A stretch of DNA of 64,000 bases from contig JAKAOM010000001.1 of the NCBI GenBank assembly GCA_021812145.1, positions 21,898-85,897 on the forward strand, given 5' to 3'. Shown one piece after another: positions 16,657 to 25,300 of the stretch. Source of the DNA: Candidatus Micrarchaeota archaeon. Lineage in GTDB: Archaea > Micrarchaeota > Micrarchaeia > Norongarragalinales > UBA8480. The notes beneath the pieces are model-generated. The model did no database searches. It saw only the letters and a list, made by a program, of their open reading frames with translations, and was not told the DNA's origin. The translations under genes and the position numbers were made by a program. Each line of letters starts with the position of its first letter. Positions within the stretch are counted from its first letter, which is position 1.

Positions 16657-16758
16657 GCAGGGGTGGCTGAGCCTGGTCAAAAGCGCAGGTTGATTTCTGT
16701 GCGACACTTAAGATCCTGTCTCTTAGCGAGTTCGAGGGTTCAAATCCCTCCCCCTGCA
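16657..16758 (+). tRNA. tRNA-Leu (probable anticodon GAG) with ~18-nt intron at non-canonical site in anticodon loop
   Basis: type-II tRNA: acceptor GCAGGGG/CCCCTGC+A, Leu-type D-loop GAGCCTGGTCAAA, long variable arm CTCTTAGCGAGTTC, T-arm GAGGG-TTCAAAT-CCCTC. 25 nt lie between anticodon stem halves GCAGG…CCTGT, and splicing to loop TTGAGAT gives GAG. Confidence 0.7.
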
Positions 16759-16785
16759 TTAACATTAAATTACCCCCGGATTTTT

Positions 16786-18057
16786 TTATAATAAAAGCCA
16801 CTTATACAAAGGAATAAACTTGATTTTTTTGCCGTCATACTCTTCTGTTTTTTCATAATCCCAGGTTAATATAACAAGATCATTGCAGCGCAGGTTATCT
16901 GATGCCTTTAAAATCGCTTTGACCTCCCTTTTTTTTGTTTTTTCGTTTTCAACGCTGTAAGTTACCTGAATCAGTTGTTTGATTTTAATTCCTTCTTTTA
17001 TTACAAAATCAACTTCTGCGGTTGAGTCTTTCCAGTAAAAAACTTTAAACTTTGTAAAATCGTTGGATCTTCTCATTAATTCTATTGCCACACTGTTTTC
17101 CATTAACCTTCTCTGCTCAAGCATTGGTTCAAGTGCAAAAGCATCTATTATCCCATTGTCTATGACGTAAAGCTTTTTTGGCGATTTGATTTGCTCTTTT
17201 GCTTTGAATGAGAATCTGTCCAGCGCGAACACCAAAAACGCCTCTTGGATATACGCCACGTATTTTTCAGCTGTGTGAACGCTGGCTAATCCTGACGCTT
17301 TCGCTACGCTGTTGTAAGAGAATTCGCTTGCAAACGCGCTTATCAAGTACCTTATGATATTGTATATTGCGTTTGAATACCTTATCCTGTGCCGTCTTAC
17401 AATGTCTTTGATGATTATGCTGTCCACGAGTGTTGTGATGTAATTGTTTCGATCTATGCTTTCATTTACAGTTATTTCAGGGTACCCTCCTTTTTTTATG
17501 TACTCGCTGGTTAAATTCAAAATCTCGCCCTGCACGCTTTTCAGCTGCGTTTTGTTTGTGTCAAATAGATAGTTTTTTGCTTTCATGAATTCGCTTAATG
17601 AAAATGTGAAGACGCTTATCTGCAGGTGCCTTCCCGTTAGGTGAGTCGCCAGTTCTGTGCTCAGTAGATTTGAGTTCGAGCCTGTTACAATAAGATTGTA
17701 TCCTTCTCTTTGAAGCCTGTTCACGAAAAGCTCCCACCTGCTGAGGTTTTGCACCTCGTCAAGCAGCAGAAGTTCAAATTTTCCATATACTTCCTTCAGG
17801 TTTTTGATATATTCTTCATAATCGCTTGTTTTTAACAGTTTTTCATCATCGAAGTTTACGTATGCGAATCTTTTATCATTGATGCTTTGAAGCGAGAAGT
17901 AAGATTTGCCGGCTCTTCTCGGCCCGATTATTACCTTTACCAAGTTGTTTTCAAGCGATTTTCCTAAAGATATTTCTCTTTTCACTGTTTTGCTTGACAG
18001 TATTTTCACTGCCTCGTCTTTTTCCTTGACTAAGACTTCCCTTATACCTTCACTCAT
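16786..18057 (-). CDS. AAA+ ATPase, DUF4143-type (AAA_14 + DUF4143 architecture)
   Basis: 423 aa; Walker A GPRRAGKS, Walker B LLLLDEVQ, C-terminal domain typical of archaeal/bacterial DUF4143 ATPases. Confidence 0.6.
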   Translation of the reverse strand: MSEGIREVLVKEKDEAVKILSSKTVKREISLGKSLENNLVKVIIGPRRAGKSYFSLQSINDKRFAYVNFDDEKLLKTSDYEEYIKNLKEVYGKFELLLLDEVQNLSRWELFVNRLQREGYNLIVTGSNSNLLSTELATHLTGRHLQISVFTFSLSEFMKAKNYLFDTNKTQLKSVQGEILNLTSEYIKKGGYPEITVNESIDRNNYITTLVDSIIIKDIVRRHRIRYSNAIYNIIRYLISAFASEFSYNSVAKASGLASVHTAEKYVAYIQEAFLVFALDRFSFKAKEQIKSPKKLYVIDNGIIDAFALEPMLEQRRLMENSVAIELMRRSNDFTKFKVFYWKDSTAEVDFVIKEGIKIKQLIQVTYSVENEKTKKREVKAILKASDNLRCNDLVILTWDYEKTEEYDGKKIKFIPLYKWLLL

Positions 18058-18157
18058 GCATTATTATTGCAACGCGAAGATTTTAATATTTTTGCATTAT
18101 AATGCACAAAAATCAAATATTTTGTGCACTGCAAAAAAACTAAATATTTTTGTAAAG

Positions 18158-18259
18158 GCAGGGGTGGCTGAGACTGGTCAAAAGCGCAGGTTGATTTCTG
18201 TGCGACACTTAAGATCCTGTCTCTTAGCGAGTTCGAGGGTTCAAATCCCTCCCCCTGCA
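18158..18259 (+). tRNA. tRNA-Leu second copy (intron-containing), 1 mismatch to 16657..16758
   Basis: 102/102 alignment with a single D-loop difference (GAGCCTGG vs GAGACTGG). Confidence 0.65.
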
Positions 18260-18338
18260 TTTACGCCTTTTTTTGTGAATGAAAATCGTTAAAAATGCCT
18301 TTGATTTTAATAATTGCTTAAATTCAAGTTTTTAGTGA

Positions 18339-19481
18339 TTGCCTGGAATGAAGTTTTCTTTTGGTTTTAGACATTTTTTGCAGTTGGCTTCGTTTGGACT
18401 GCAGAAGTTTTACGATTTAAAGAATAAGTTGGGTTTTAATCATTCTGTTTTCAAAAGAGTAGTTGTTTTTTCAAATATAGAAATTGGAAATTTTATTGTA
18501 AACCTTCCTGTCTTGGAGTCGGTCTGCGCTAAATCTCAAGAAACTCTGATTATTGCGCCATCTTATATGCGCGAGTTTTCTCCTGACAAAGCTTCTGTTA
18601 TAACAATCCCAAACGGCTTAGGCGATAAATTAAGGCTTTTGTTTAAAATTATTTTTTTCAACCCCGATCACCTGATTCTCTTTGAAGCTAATTCTTTAGG
18701 GGTGGCTTCTTCAATTCCCTTGATTTTTTCAAGCGATAGAATTGATTTTGATTCGATTTTTCTTAAGGAAATGTGGTTTAATGGAAAAATTAAGCCAGTT
18801 CATCTCACTGAATACAATTTGAATGCGATTATCCAATTTGGTTTTAATTCAGTTAATCCTGTTCCAGAGGTTAAAGTTGGAAGGGAAGATTTTCTGAAGG
18901 CTGAAAAAATCCTCGCTTCTTTTGGTGTGAAGGGACGTTTTTTTGTTTTGTTTCCAGGTTCTTCTGACGAGAAGACGCGCTGGAGAGTTGAGAATTTTGC
19001 AAAGACCGGCGATTCTTTGGCGCGCAAGTTTAGCTGGACTCCGGTTATAGTTCAAGGTCCTGATGATGCCGCTTCAGCCTCGTTGGTTGCGGGTCTTATG
19101 AAATTCAAGCCAGTTATACTTCCACTGATTCCTTTAAACATTTTGGCCGGCGTTTTCAAAAAGGCTGGTTTTTACATAGGTATGGACACAGGCCCTGCTC
19201 ATTTGGCTGCGGCTGTTGGCTGTCCAACAGTTTCTGTCTTTACCAGAGGCTGCCCTTACTGGTATTATCCTTACACTTGGAAGGGCGCTGCAGTTTACGT
19301 AAAAGCGTATGTAAGCGAGAACAGCCGCAGGGTAAACAGCGAAGCGCTCAGAGGAGCTCCAGCGTCTTTTGACGTTATCACCCCTTCCTGTGTTGTCAAG
19401 GCGGTGGCGAGGGCGGTTTCAGGCAGAAAGAAAGCGGGAAGAGTTCCCTTCAATGGCTTTGAGTGCAATTCAAAACAGTGA
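18339..19481 (+). CDS. GT9-family glycosyltransferase (heptosyltransferase-like)
   Basis: N-terminal KRVVVFSNIEIGNFIVNLPVLES and C-terminal GMDTGPAHLAAAVGCPTVSVFT (GT9 D-S/T-G-xxH-LAAA-G-P-xV-LFG block); paralog of 40570..41703. Confidence 0.6.
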   Translation: MPGMKFSFGFRHFLQLASFGLQKFYDLKNKLGFNHSVFKRVVVFSNIEIGNFIVNLPVLESVCAKSQETLIIAPSYMREFSPDKASVITIPNGLGDKLRLLFKIIFFNPDHLILFEANSLGVASSIPLIFSSDRIDFDSIFLKEMWFNGKIKPVHLTEYNLNAIIQFGFNSVNPVPEVKVGREDFLKAEKILASFGVKGRFFVLFPGSSDEKTRWRVENFAKTGDSLARKFSWTPVIVQGPDDAASASLVAGLMKFKPVILPLIPLNILAGVFKKAGFYIGMDTGPAHLAAAVGCPTVSVFTRGCPYWYYPYTWKGAAVYVKAYVSENSRRVNSEALRGAPASFDVITPSCVVKAVARAVSGRKKAGRVPFNGFECNSKQ

Positions 19482-19529
19482 CTGCTTGAATATTCAGCTT
19501 ATTTTTTTGCAGAAGGTTTAAATAGTTTA

Positions 19530-19545
19530 ATGAATATATATTCAT
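19530..19545. promoter_or_regulatory. 16-nt perfect palindrome ATGAATATATATTCAT upstream of DUF5320 gene
   Basis: perfect inverted repeat ~40 nt upstream of start codon, next to TATA-like tttaaata. Confidence 0.35.
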
Positions 19546-19585
19546 AATTATTTTAGGGTTTTGAATTAAGGGGTGAATTAAAAAA

Positions 19586-19822
19586 ATGCCATGCAAAGAT
19601 GGAACAGGTCCTCTTGGACAAGGGCCTATGACGGGCAGAGGTTTCGGGCGTTGCGGGCGAGGCATGCGCAGGAGCGCGGGCTACTGCAGGGGCTTTGGTT
19701 ATGGAGCTGCTTCGCTCACTCAAGAAGAAAGAGAAAAACTTCTTGAAGCGGAGCTTGAAGACTTGGAAGCCGAAAAAAAGGCTGTCGAGTCACAGCTTGA
19801 AAGATTGAAAGCGAAAAACTAA
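19586..19822 (+). CDS. DUF5320-family small protein (Gly/Arg-rich N-term, coiled-coil C-term)
   Basis: MPCKDGTGPLGQGPMTGRGFGRCGRG… then EEREKLLEAELEDLEAEKKAVESQLERLK. Confidence 0.55.
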   Translation: MPCKDGTGPLGQGPMTGRGFGRCGRGMRRSAGYCRGFGYGAASLTQEEREKLLEAELEDLEAEKKAVESQLERLKAKN

Positions 19823-19860
19823 AAGTGAAGCTTTCAGGAAAAACGCTGAGAGGTAAATCA

Positions 19861-19903
19861 AGGCTTTAAAAATAAGCCTTGAACCTCACTTTTTTTTATT
19901 TTT
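19861..19903 (+). terminator. hairpin AGGCTT-n8-AAGCCT followed by T-tract
   Basis: inverted repeat aggctttaaaaataagcct then cacttttttttattttt downstream of DUF5320 stop. Confidence 0.35.
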
Positions 19904-19905
19904 AA

Positions 19906-19921
19906 TTCAATAATTATTGAA
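19906..19921. promoter_or_regulatory. 16-nt perfect palindrome TTCAATAATTATTGAA upstream of DUF134 gene
   Basis: perfect inverted repeat ~45 nt upstream of the MPRPR start. Confidence 0.35.
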
Positions 19922-19968
19922 TATTTTTGATAAAAAACGTTTTAAACATTAAAAGACAAGATTCACCT

Positions 19969-20313
19969 ATGCCTAGGCCGAGATTGTGCAGGAGGGTCGC
20001 CTTCCAACCGGAGGTTAACTATTTCAAACCGGCAGGGGTTAGAATAGGCTATCTTGAAGAGTCCACTCTAACTGTTGAAGAGTTTGAGGCGGTAAGACTC
20101 AAAGACTTGGATGGTTTTGAACAGAATGATTGCGCTAAGAAGATGCGCGTTTCACAACCTACTTTTCACAGGGTTTTGCTTTCAGCAAGAAGAAAGATTG
20201 CTGACGCCTTAGTTAACGGCAAGGGCCTGCGCATAGAAGGCGGAAATTTCAAGATTTACGGCAAAGGTTTTTCAAGAAGGGGTAGTGGTTTTGGAAGGAA
20301 TGGCTTATGCTAA
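19969..20313 (+). CDS. DUF134 (UPF0251) predicted DNA-binding protein
   Basis: MPRPRLCRRVAFQPEVNYFKPAGV…LTVEEFEAVRLKDLDGFEQNDCAKKMRVSQPTFHRVLLSARRKIADALVNGKGLRIEGG matches the conserved DUF134 core. Confidence 0.65.
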   Translation: MPRPRLCRRVAFQPEVNYFKPAGVRIGYLEESTLTVEEFEAVRLKDLDGFEQNDCAKKMRVSQPTFHRVLLSARRKIADALVNGKGLRIEGGNFKIYGKGFSRRGSGFGRNGLC

Positions 20314-20380
20314 CCTGCCTTTCTTTTGGCTAAGCTTGCTTCTGGCTTTTACCTTTAAGATTTTTGAAGTGGTTTGAATT

Positions 20381-20929
20381 TTGAAGAAGACTCGCAGTGG
20401 TTTTAAAAAGATTTGGGATTTGAAAATCTCCAGTTTGGTTAACGCGAGCTTTGACAAGTTTGAGAGCGAGTTGAAAGAGCATGGAAAGTTGATGAAGTGG
20501 ACTTTGAAGCATGTTTTGCTTCCCGTAGCCGTTCTGTATTTGATTGTGGGCTTGATTATACAGAAGAGGGTGGTTGACTCGCTTTTCATTGGCTTTCTGC
20601 TTTTTATTTACAGCGGTTTCGTCCCTGACTTGGACTCGCTCATGGTTGTAAAAAAAGATTTGAAGAGAGAGGGTTGGGTGGAAAAAATTGCTCTTTTGTT
20701 TTTAGGCCCTTTGCTGGTTTATTATTTGATTTCCGGCGAGTCAAAGCCGATCTACGTTAAAAAAGCAAAGGAGTTTCACAGCGTTGCTTATCTAGCCGCG
20801 TACTGCACTTTTCTTTTGGCTGTAGGCTTGATTTTTTACGGGAATGCGCTTGAAACTTTGTCCCTTCCCTTATTCGGAGGTTTGGGCTACGCCACGCATC
20901 TTTTCATGGACGGGTATTTGAAGTTTTAG
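20381..20929 (+). CDS. DUF457-like membrane-bound metal-dependent hydrolase family protein
   Basis: VPDLD, HSVAYLA, GYATHLFMDG motifs on polytopic membrane protein. Confidence 0.4.
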   Translation: MKKTRSGFKKIWDLKISSLVNASFDKFESELKEHGKLMKWTLKHVLLPVAVLYLIVGLIIQKRVVDSLFIGFLLFIYSGFVPDLDSLMVVKKDLKREGWVEKIALLFLGPLLVYYLISGESKPIYVKKAKEFHSVAYLAAYCTFLLAVGLIFYGNALETLSLPLFGGLGYATHLFMDGYLKF

Positions 20930-20966
20930 CATTTTAGTACGCAAGGTTTTTTAAGGATTCATTGAG

Positions 20967-21488
20967 TTGTTTTTCTATATGGTTGATTTGATTTCTCATG
21001 CGTTGTGGGCTTTCGCTTTTTTCCACAATTTGTCCAACGCGTGGCTTTACGTTCTTTTCACTCTTCTTCCCGATTTGCTGTGGGGCGTTCCATCCTTTGC
21101 CTTTCTTATTTCAACAGGAAGATTAGGAGAGTTGAGAAAAGCCAGATGGAGGAGAAGTCAAAATAAGGATGGCGTTAAAGACTTTAGGTCTGATTTGGGC
21201 GGCAAGTTGTATCATTTATCGCATTCTTGGATTGCTATGGGTTTTGTTGGAGCGTTGCTTTTCATTTTCATCCCTTCCATAGCTCTTCCCTTTATAGGCG
21301 GGGTTTTTCTTCACTTGGCTTTTGACCTTTTTCTTCACAAGGACAGTGTTTTCGGTCAAATGCCTTTATACCCCCTGTCGTCTTTTCGGGTGGAAGGCTT
21401 CATTCACTGGAGCGACAGGCGTTTAATTATCCTGAATTACGCTCTTTTGACTCTAGCGTATTTCATAATCATCGCAGGTCGCCTTTGA
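20967..21488 (+). CDS. DUF457-like membrane-bound metal-dependent hydrolase family protein
   Basis: SHALWAF, LLPDLLWG, YHLSHSW, LHLAFDLFLHKD, PLYPLS (YdjM-type motif set). Confidence 0.45.
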   Translation: MFFYMVDLISHALWAFAFFHNLSNAWLYVLFTLLPDLLWGVPSFAFLISTGRLGELRKARWRRSQNKDGVKDFRSDLGGKLYHLSHSWIAMGFVGALLFIFIPSIALPFIGGVFLHLAFDLFLHKDSVFGQMPLYPLSSFRVEGFIHWSDRRLIILNYALLTLAYFIIIAGRL

Positions 21489-21543
21489 TATTTTTCAAAA
21501 ACAAAAATGAATTTTGGGCTAGTCAAAAACTTTAAAAATCAAC

Positions 21544-22278
21544 ATGTTGAACGTATTAATTGTGGCAAGCAAAACTTTTATACTTGGCATCTTAGCAGTT
21601 CTGGTAATTATCGCGGTCGTATATTTTTATTCTCAAAATTCAAGTCAATCCGTTCAGCCGGTAACACCTGTAAAAAGCGCTTCAACCACTGAAGTTTTAT
21701 TGAATAATACAAACTCCAACTTAACAATTTATGATAATCAGACTATTTTATTGAATTATGCTGTAACCCCTCCAGAATTAAATACTATCCTGTATGTAGA
21801 CGGAACGGTTGAAGGAGGTAATTTCAACACTACGAATCTGCAAGATGGGTTTTATAACATAACCGCTATAACATACAGTTCGGATAATTACACCGGCTCG
21901 AGTGATACTCAATATTTAACTATACTACCTGCAAACGCTATAAACACTCAAAACCATTATCTAAACTTGAGCGTTGGTGAAGCAGGACAAGTTGAGCTAC
22001 CTGTTAATCCTTCCACTGGAACTTCCTGGTGGGTTCAATCAGCGCCTTCTAATATCGAAGTAAATTCTTCAAGTTCTGTAAACACAAGCATTACCTGCCC
22101 TTCTGGAATTGCTGGTTGCAGTAATCAATTAACTGTTTACTCTTTTATGTCAAACGAGTCTGGAAATTATACTGTTGAATTGCGCTTAGGCCATGCTTGG
22201 GCGCATGAAGAGTATTATGAAGTTGACTTGGTTTATTTGACTGTGCAAAACTCGTCAATAGCAAACCAATCTGGCTAA
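21544..22278 (+). CDS. membrane-anchored chagasin-family (I42) cysteine-peptidase inhibitor-like protein
   Basis: N-terminal TM anchor; LSVGEAGQVELPVNPSTGTSWW…GNYTVELRL matches the I42 fold signature NPTTG-x-W and the strand around it. Confidence 0.5.
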   Translation: MLNVLIVASKTFILGILAVLVIIAVVYFYSQNSSQSVQPVTPVKSASTTEVLLNNTNSNLTIYDNQTILLNYAVTPPELNTILYVDGTVEGGNFNTTNLQDGFYNITAITYSSDNYTGSSDTQYLTILPANAINTQNHYLNLSVGEAGQVELPVNPSTGTSWWVQSAPSNIEVNSSSSVNTSITCPSGIAGCSNQLTVYSFMSNESGNYTVELRLGHAWAHEEYYEVDLVYLTVQNSSIANQSG

Positions 22279-22311
22279 ACTTCAATTAAAATCAGGGAAG
22301 AATAATCAAAT

Positions 22312-25300
22312 CTAGCTCAAGCCCTTGCTGGTGGTTGCTTCTCTCAAAAGGTTTTGAGTAACCCACTCCTGCCATTCTTGAAGAAGGGTTTTGTAGTCTA
22401 TCCCTCCATGCTCTTCTCTTTGCTTTTCCTGCATTAGTAGGTATTTTGAGTGCGCTCTTATGCTGTAGTTTGCCTCCAAGATTTGAGGCACGTTATTTTT
22501 TCTTTTCAAATCAACCAGAAACTGCTTTGTAGCCGCTCTCGCGCTTATTTCGTTCCATATGTCTTCGTAGCTTAACCCTCTGTTTCTCATCACCTTGGCA
22601 ATCCACTCGCTTTGCTTTATTTTTTCTTGGTATAGTTCAAGCCCGTCTATGTTAGCGTTGAAGTTCTCCCAGTTTAGGAACCCGTCTTCCTTCAACGGGT
22701 CAACGTTCCATTCTTTTTTAACTTCTGTTATTTCAATTATCCTTCTCTGCCTTTTCAAGGACCCTTTGAATCTTATAGGCGCTCCCACGATTGCGAAGTC
22801 CGTTGCTTTGAACGAGGTTGTAGGCACTCCCAAATCATTAACCACCCTATCCCATATAGAGTACGCGCTTTCCCCGTGGATGGTTCCCATGACCACGTTT
22901 CCCACAGCTCCGACTCTCATGGCTTCATACAATGCTCTTGCTTCTGTGTTGTGAAGCAGGATCCCTCCAAAACCACCTATGAAATTCTGGCATGGGCTTA
23001 CTGATAGGTCGTAAACCGGTTCGGGTTTTTTAAGATTGATTTCTTTGATTGAAACGATCTCGTCCAGGTAAAAATCCCCGTTTGCGAATGTTTTCATTTC
23101 TTCCGAGCACTCGCACTCTGGATCTGAAATTACTTTTTTAAGATAATTCTTGCTGCACCTTCCAAACCTGAATAAGTGTCTGTATCTGCGAGGATATTTT
23201 TTCAGGTGTTCTTTAAGGCTTTCTTTTTCAAAGTATACTGTGTTGGTTTTGTTGTGCGCCCATGCCTTTATCAGAGGGGTTGGTTTTTTTTGGACAAACC
23301 CTATCTCGTTAAGGAACGTTTTAACTGCTTCGCGCTCCTTGAACTCAACAATCCACAACTCGTTTGATTTTTCATTTTGATGTTTTCTTGAATAAACGCG
23401 CGCAACGATTCCGAAAACCAACAAAAGATAGGAAACATCCTCTGCCAGCTTTTTGGATGTCGAATAATATCTCACACTGTTTCCCGAGTTTTTAGAAGCG
23501 GTGAATGAGCCATCGCCACTGTAGAGTGCACGCAGGAAATTAGCTATCTTTTTCTTTGAAAGACCGTAAATCATTGAAGGGATTCTTTTTTCAGTGCAGG
23601 TTCTACCACCTCCTAACTTTTCAATAAGCCTTGCAAGCGGCGAGCTTGAAAGCCTGAGTTGAATCGACCTGCCAGCTCCATGCACCTCTCTTTCGGATGG
23701 CTGTATTCCAAAAAGGGATTGTGAGACGAATTTCATGTCGCTTAGTAACACTTCATTTGAATTAGTCAGAACCACGTTTCCTCCTTTTCCTTTTTTCAAA
23801 TCATAGTATCCTTCGGAAACGTAATAACCTAAAAAGCGGCAGAACTCTTCATTCACTTGAATAACTGCAGGAATGCTCGTGCTAGTTCCTGTTTTTACTT
23901 TCAGCTTTTTCTCATCAAAAGCTGTTTCTGTTTTCTCCATAAGTTTTTTGAACGATTCTATTGGAATGTTTACCTGCTGGCTTGAAGAGGTCCTGAAATA
24001 ATTGTATATATCTCCTGAAGTTACCTCTGCGATTAGCGTTGCTTCCCTCCACCCTATTTTTGATATAGCGGTTCTCACAGGGCTTTCGAAGTTTTCAACC
24101 CTTAACTCAGGAAGTATTTTCATTAAGTGAATTTCAGTTAAATCGTTGAAACCGCACGGGATTCTTGAAGGTATTACTATCTGGTCTCCTTCGCAAAGCT
24201 TTTCACATTCGATCGCAGCGATTTTAAAATCTCTTGTAGCAGTGAACAGACTGTGGTCAGGAGTTACGGTTACTTTTCTTCCTGTTTTTGTGGTTATTTC
24301 AATCATTCTCTTCCTTTCAGGGTGCTTCACAAAACCAGAGAGCGGCTTGAGCGTTGTTTTAAGGTCAAACTCAATGGCAGGAACTTGAATACTACTCGTA
24401 TTTTTTCCTTCAATATCTTTGATTTGAATTCTTTTTGTAACACCATTCTCTATTATAAAAACCTCTTCATTACCCCTGATAGAGCTTCTAACTTCTCCAA
24501 CCACCAAAACAGAATCTCCTAATCTTAAAGCAGTTCTGAGCGCGTCTTCAGCTGAAACTTCAGCCTCGCTTTGAGCTCCTAAAGGCGGCCTTGTTTTAAG
24601 TCTTTCAATGTTGAAGGCAAGATTTTTCAATTGAGGGACAGGAAGCTCCTGAGTGTCTTCTTGCACAATAATCCTTAAATTTTGAGGGATTTCCTGCATT
24701 AAAGCTTGAAGAAGGGATGTTTTTCCAGCACCTCTGCTTCCCACTATAAGCATGGAAGCTTGAGCGTCCACAAAGAATGAGAGTATTCCCGCTGTTATTG
24801 GGTTGAACATTTTAAAATCAAGAAATTGCGGAAGCGTCCAAGGAGTTTCCTTGTGCAGCCTTAACGCGAAGGCGGTTCCATCTAACGCCAACGGCTTTCC
24901 TATCACCGCCACTCTTGTCTGCAGGTCCGGCAGGTCGAAGTCAAGAATGGGGTGGGCTTCGTCGAACGGCCTTCCGCTTAAAGCTCTGAATCTTGACACC
25001 AACGCTTTAGCCTCCTCCTCGCTGAATATGACGTTTGTTTGGCACTGCCCGTATTTTGAGTGGACCAGATAGACTGGCTTTATTCCCAACGGAGAGTCAA
25101 TATAAACGTCTGTAAGCTGCCTGTCGTTAAGTATTATTTCCAGAATTCCGTAACCTATAGTATATCTTGCGACTATTGTTGCCAATTCTTCTTTTTCCTC
25201 CATTGAAAGACTTATCTTGTTTCTGACCGCTATATCCGATATCGTATTAATGTATATTTTGGAAAAGTATTTTCTCGCCTGATCCATGTCCATAAAACCA

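Noticed and set aside
16657-18259. Interpreting the tRNA-Leu-flanked segment as a complete integrated virus/plasmid
   Set aside because: Only 1.4 kb with a single ATPase gene and no integrase/recombinase or capsid genes; reported instead as an insertion footprint/cassette
16558-18292. ORFs 16558..16791, 17906..18292 and 18054..18260
   Set aside because: Each runs through a tRNA-Leu copy (the shared …VRHLRSCLLASSRVQIPPPA… translation is just the tRNA read as protein); not genes
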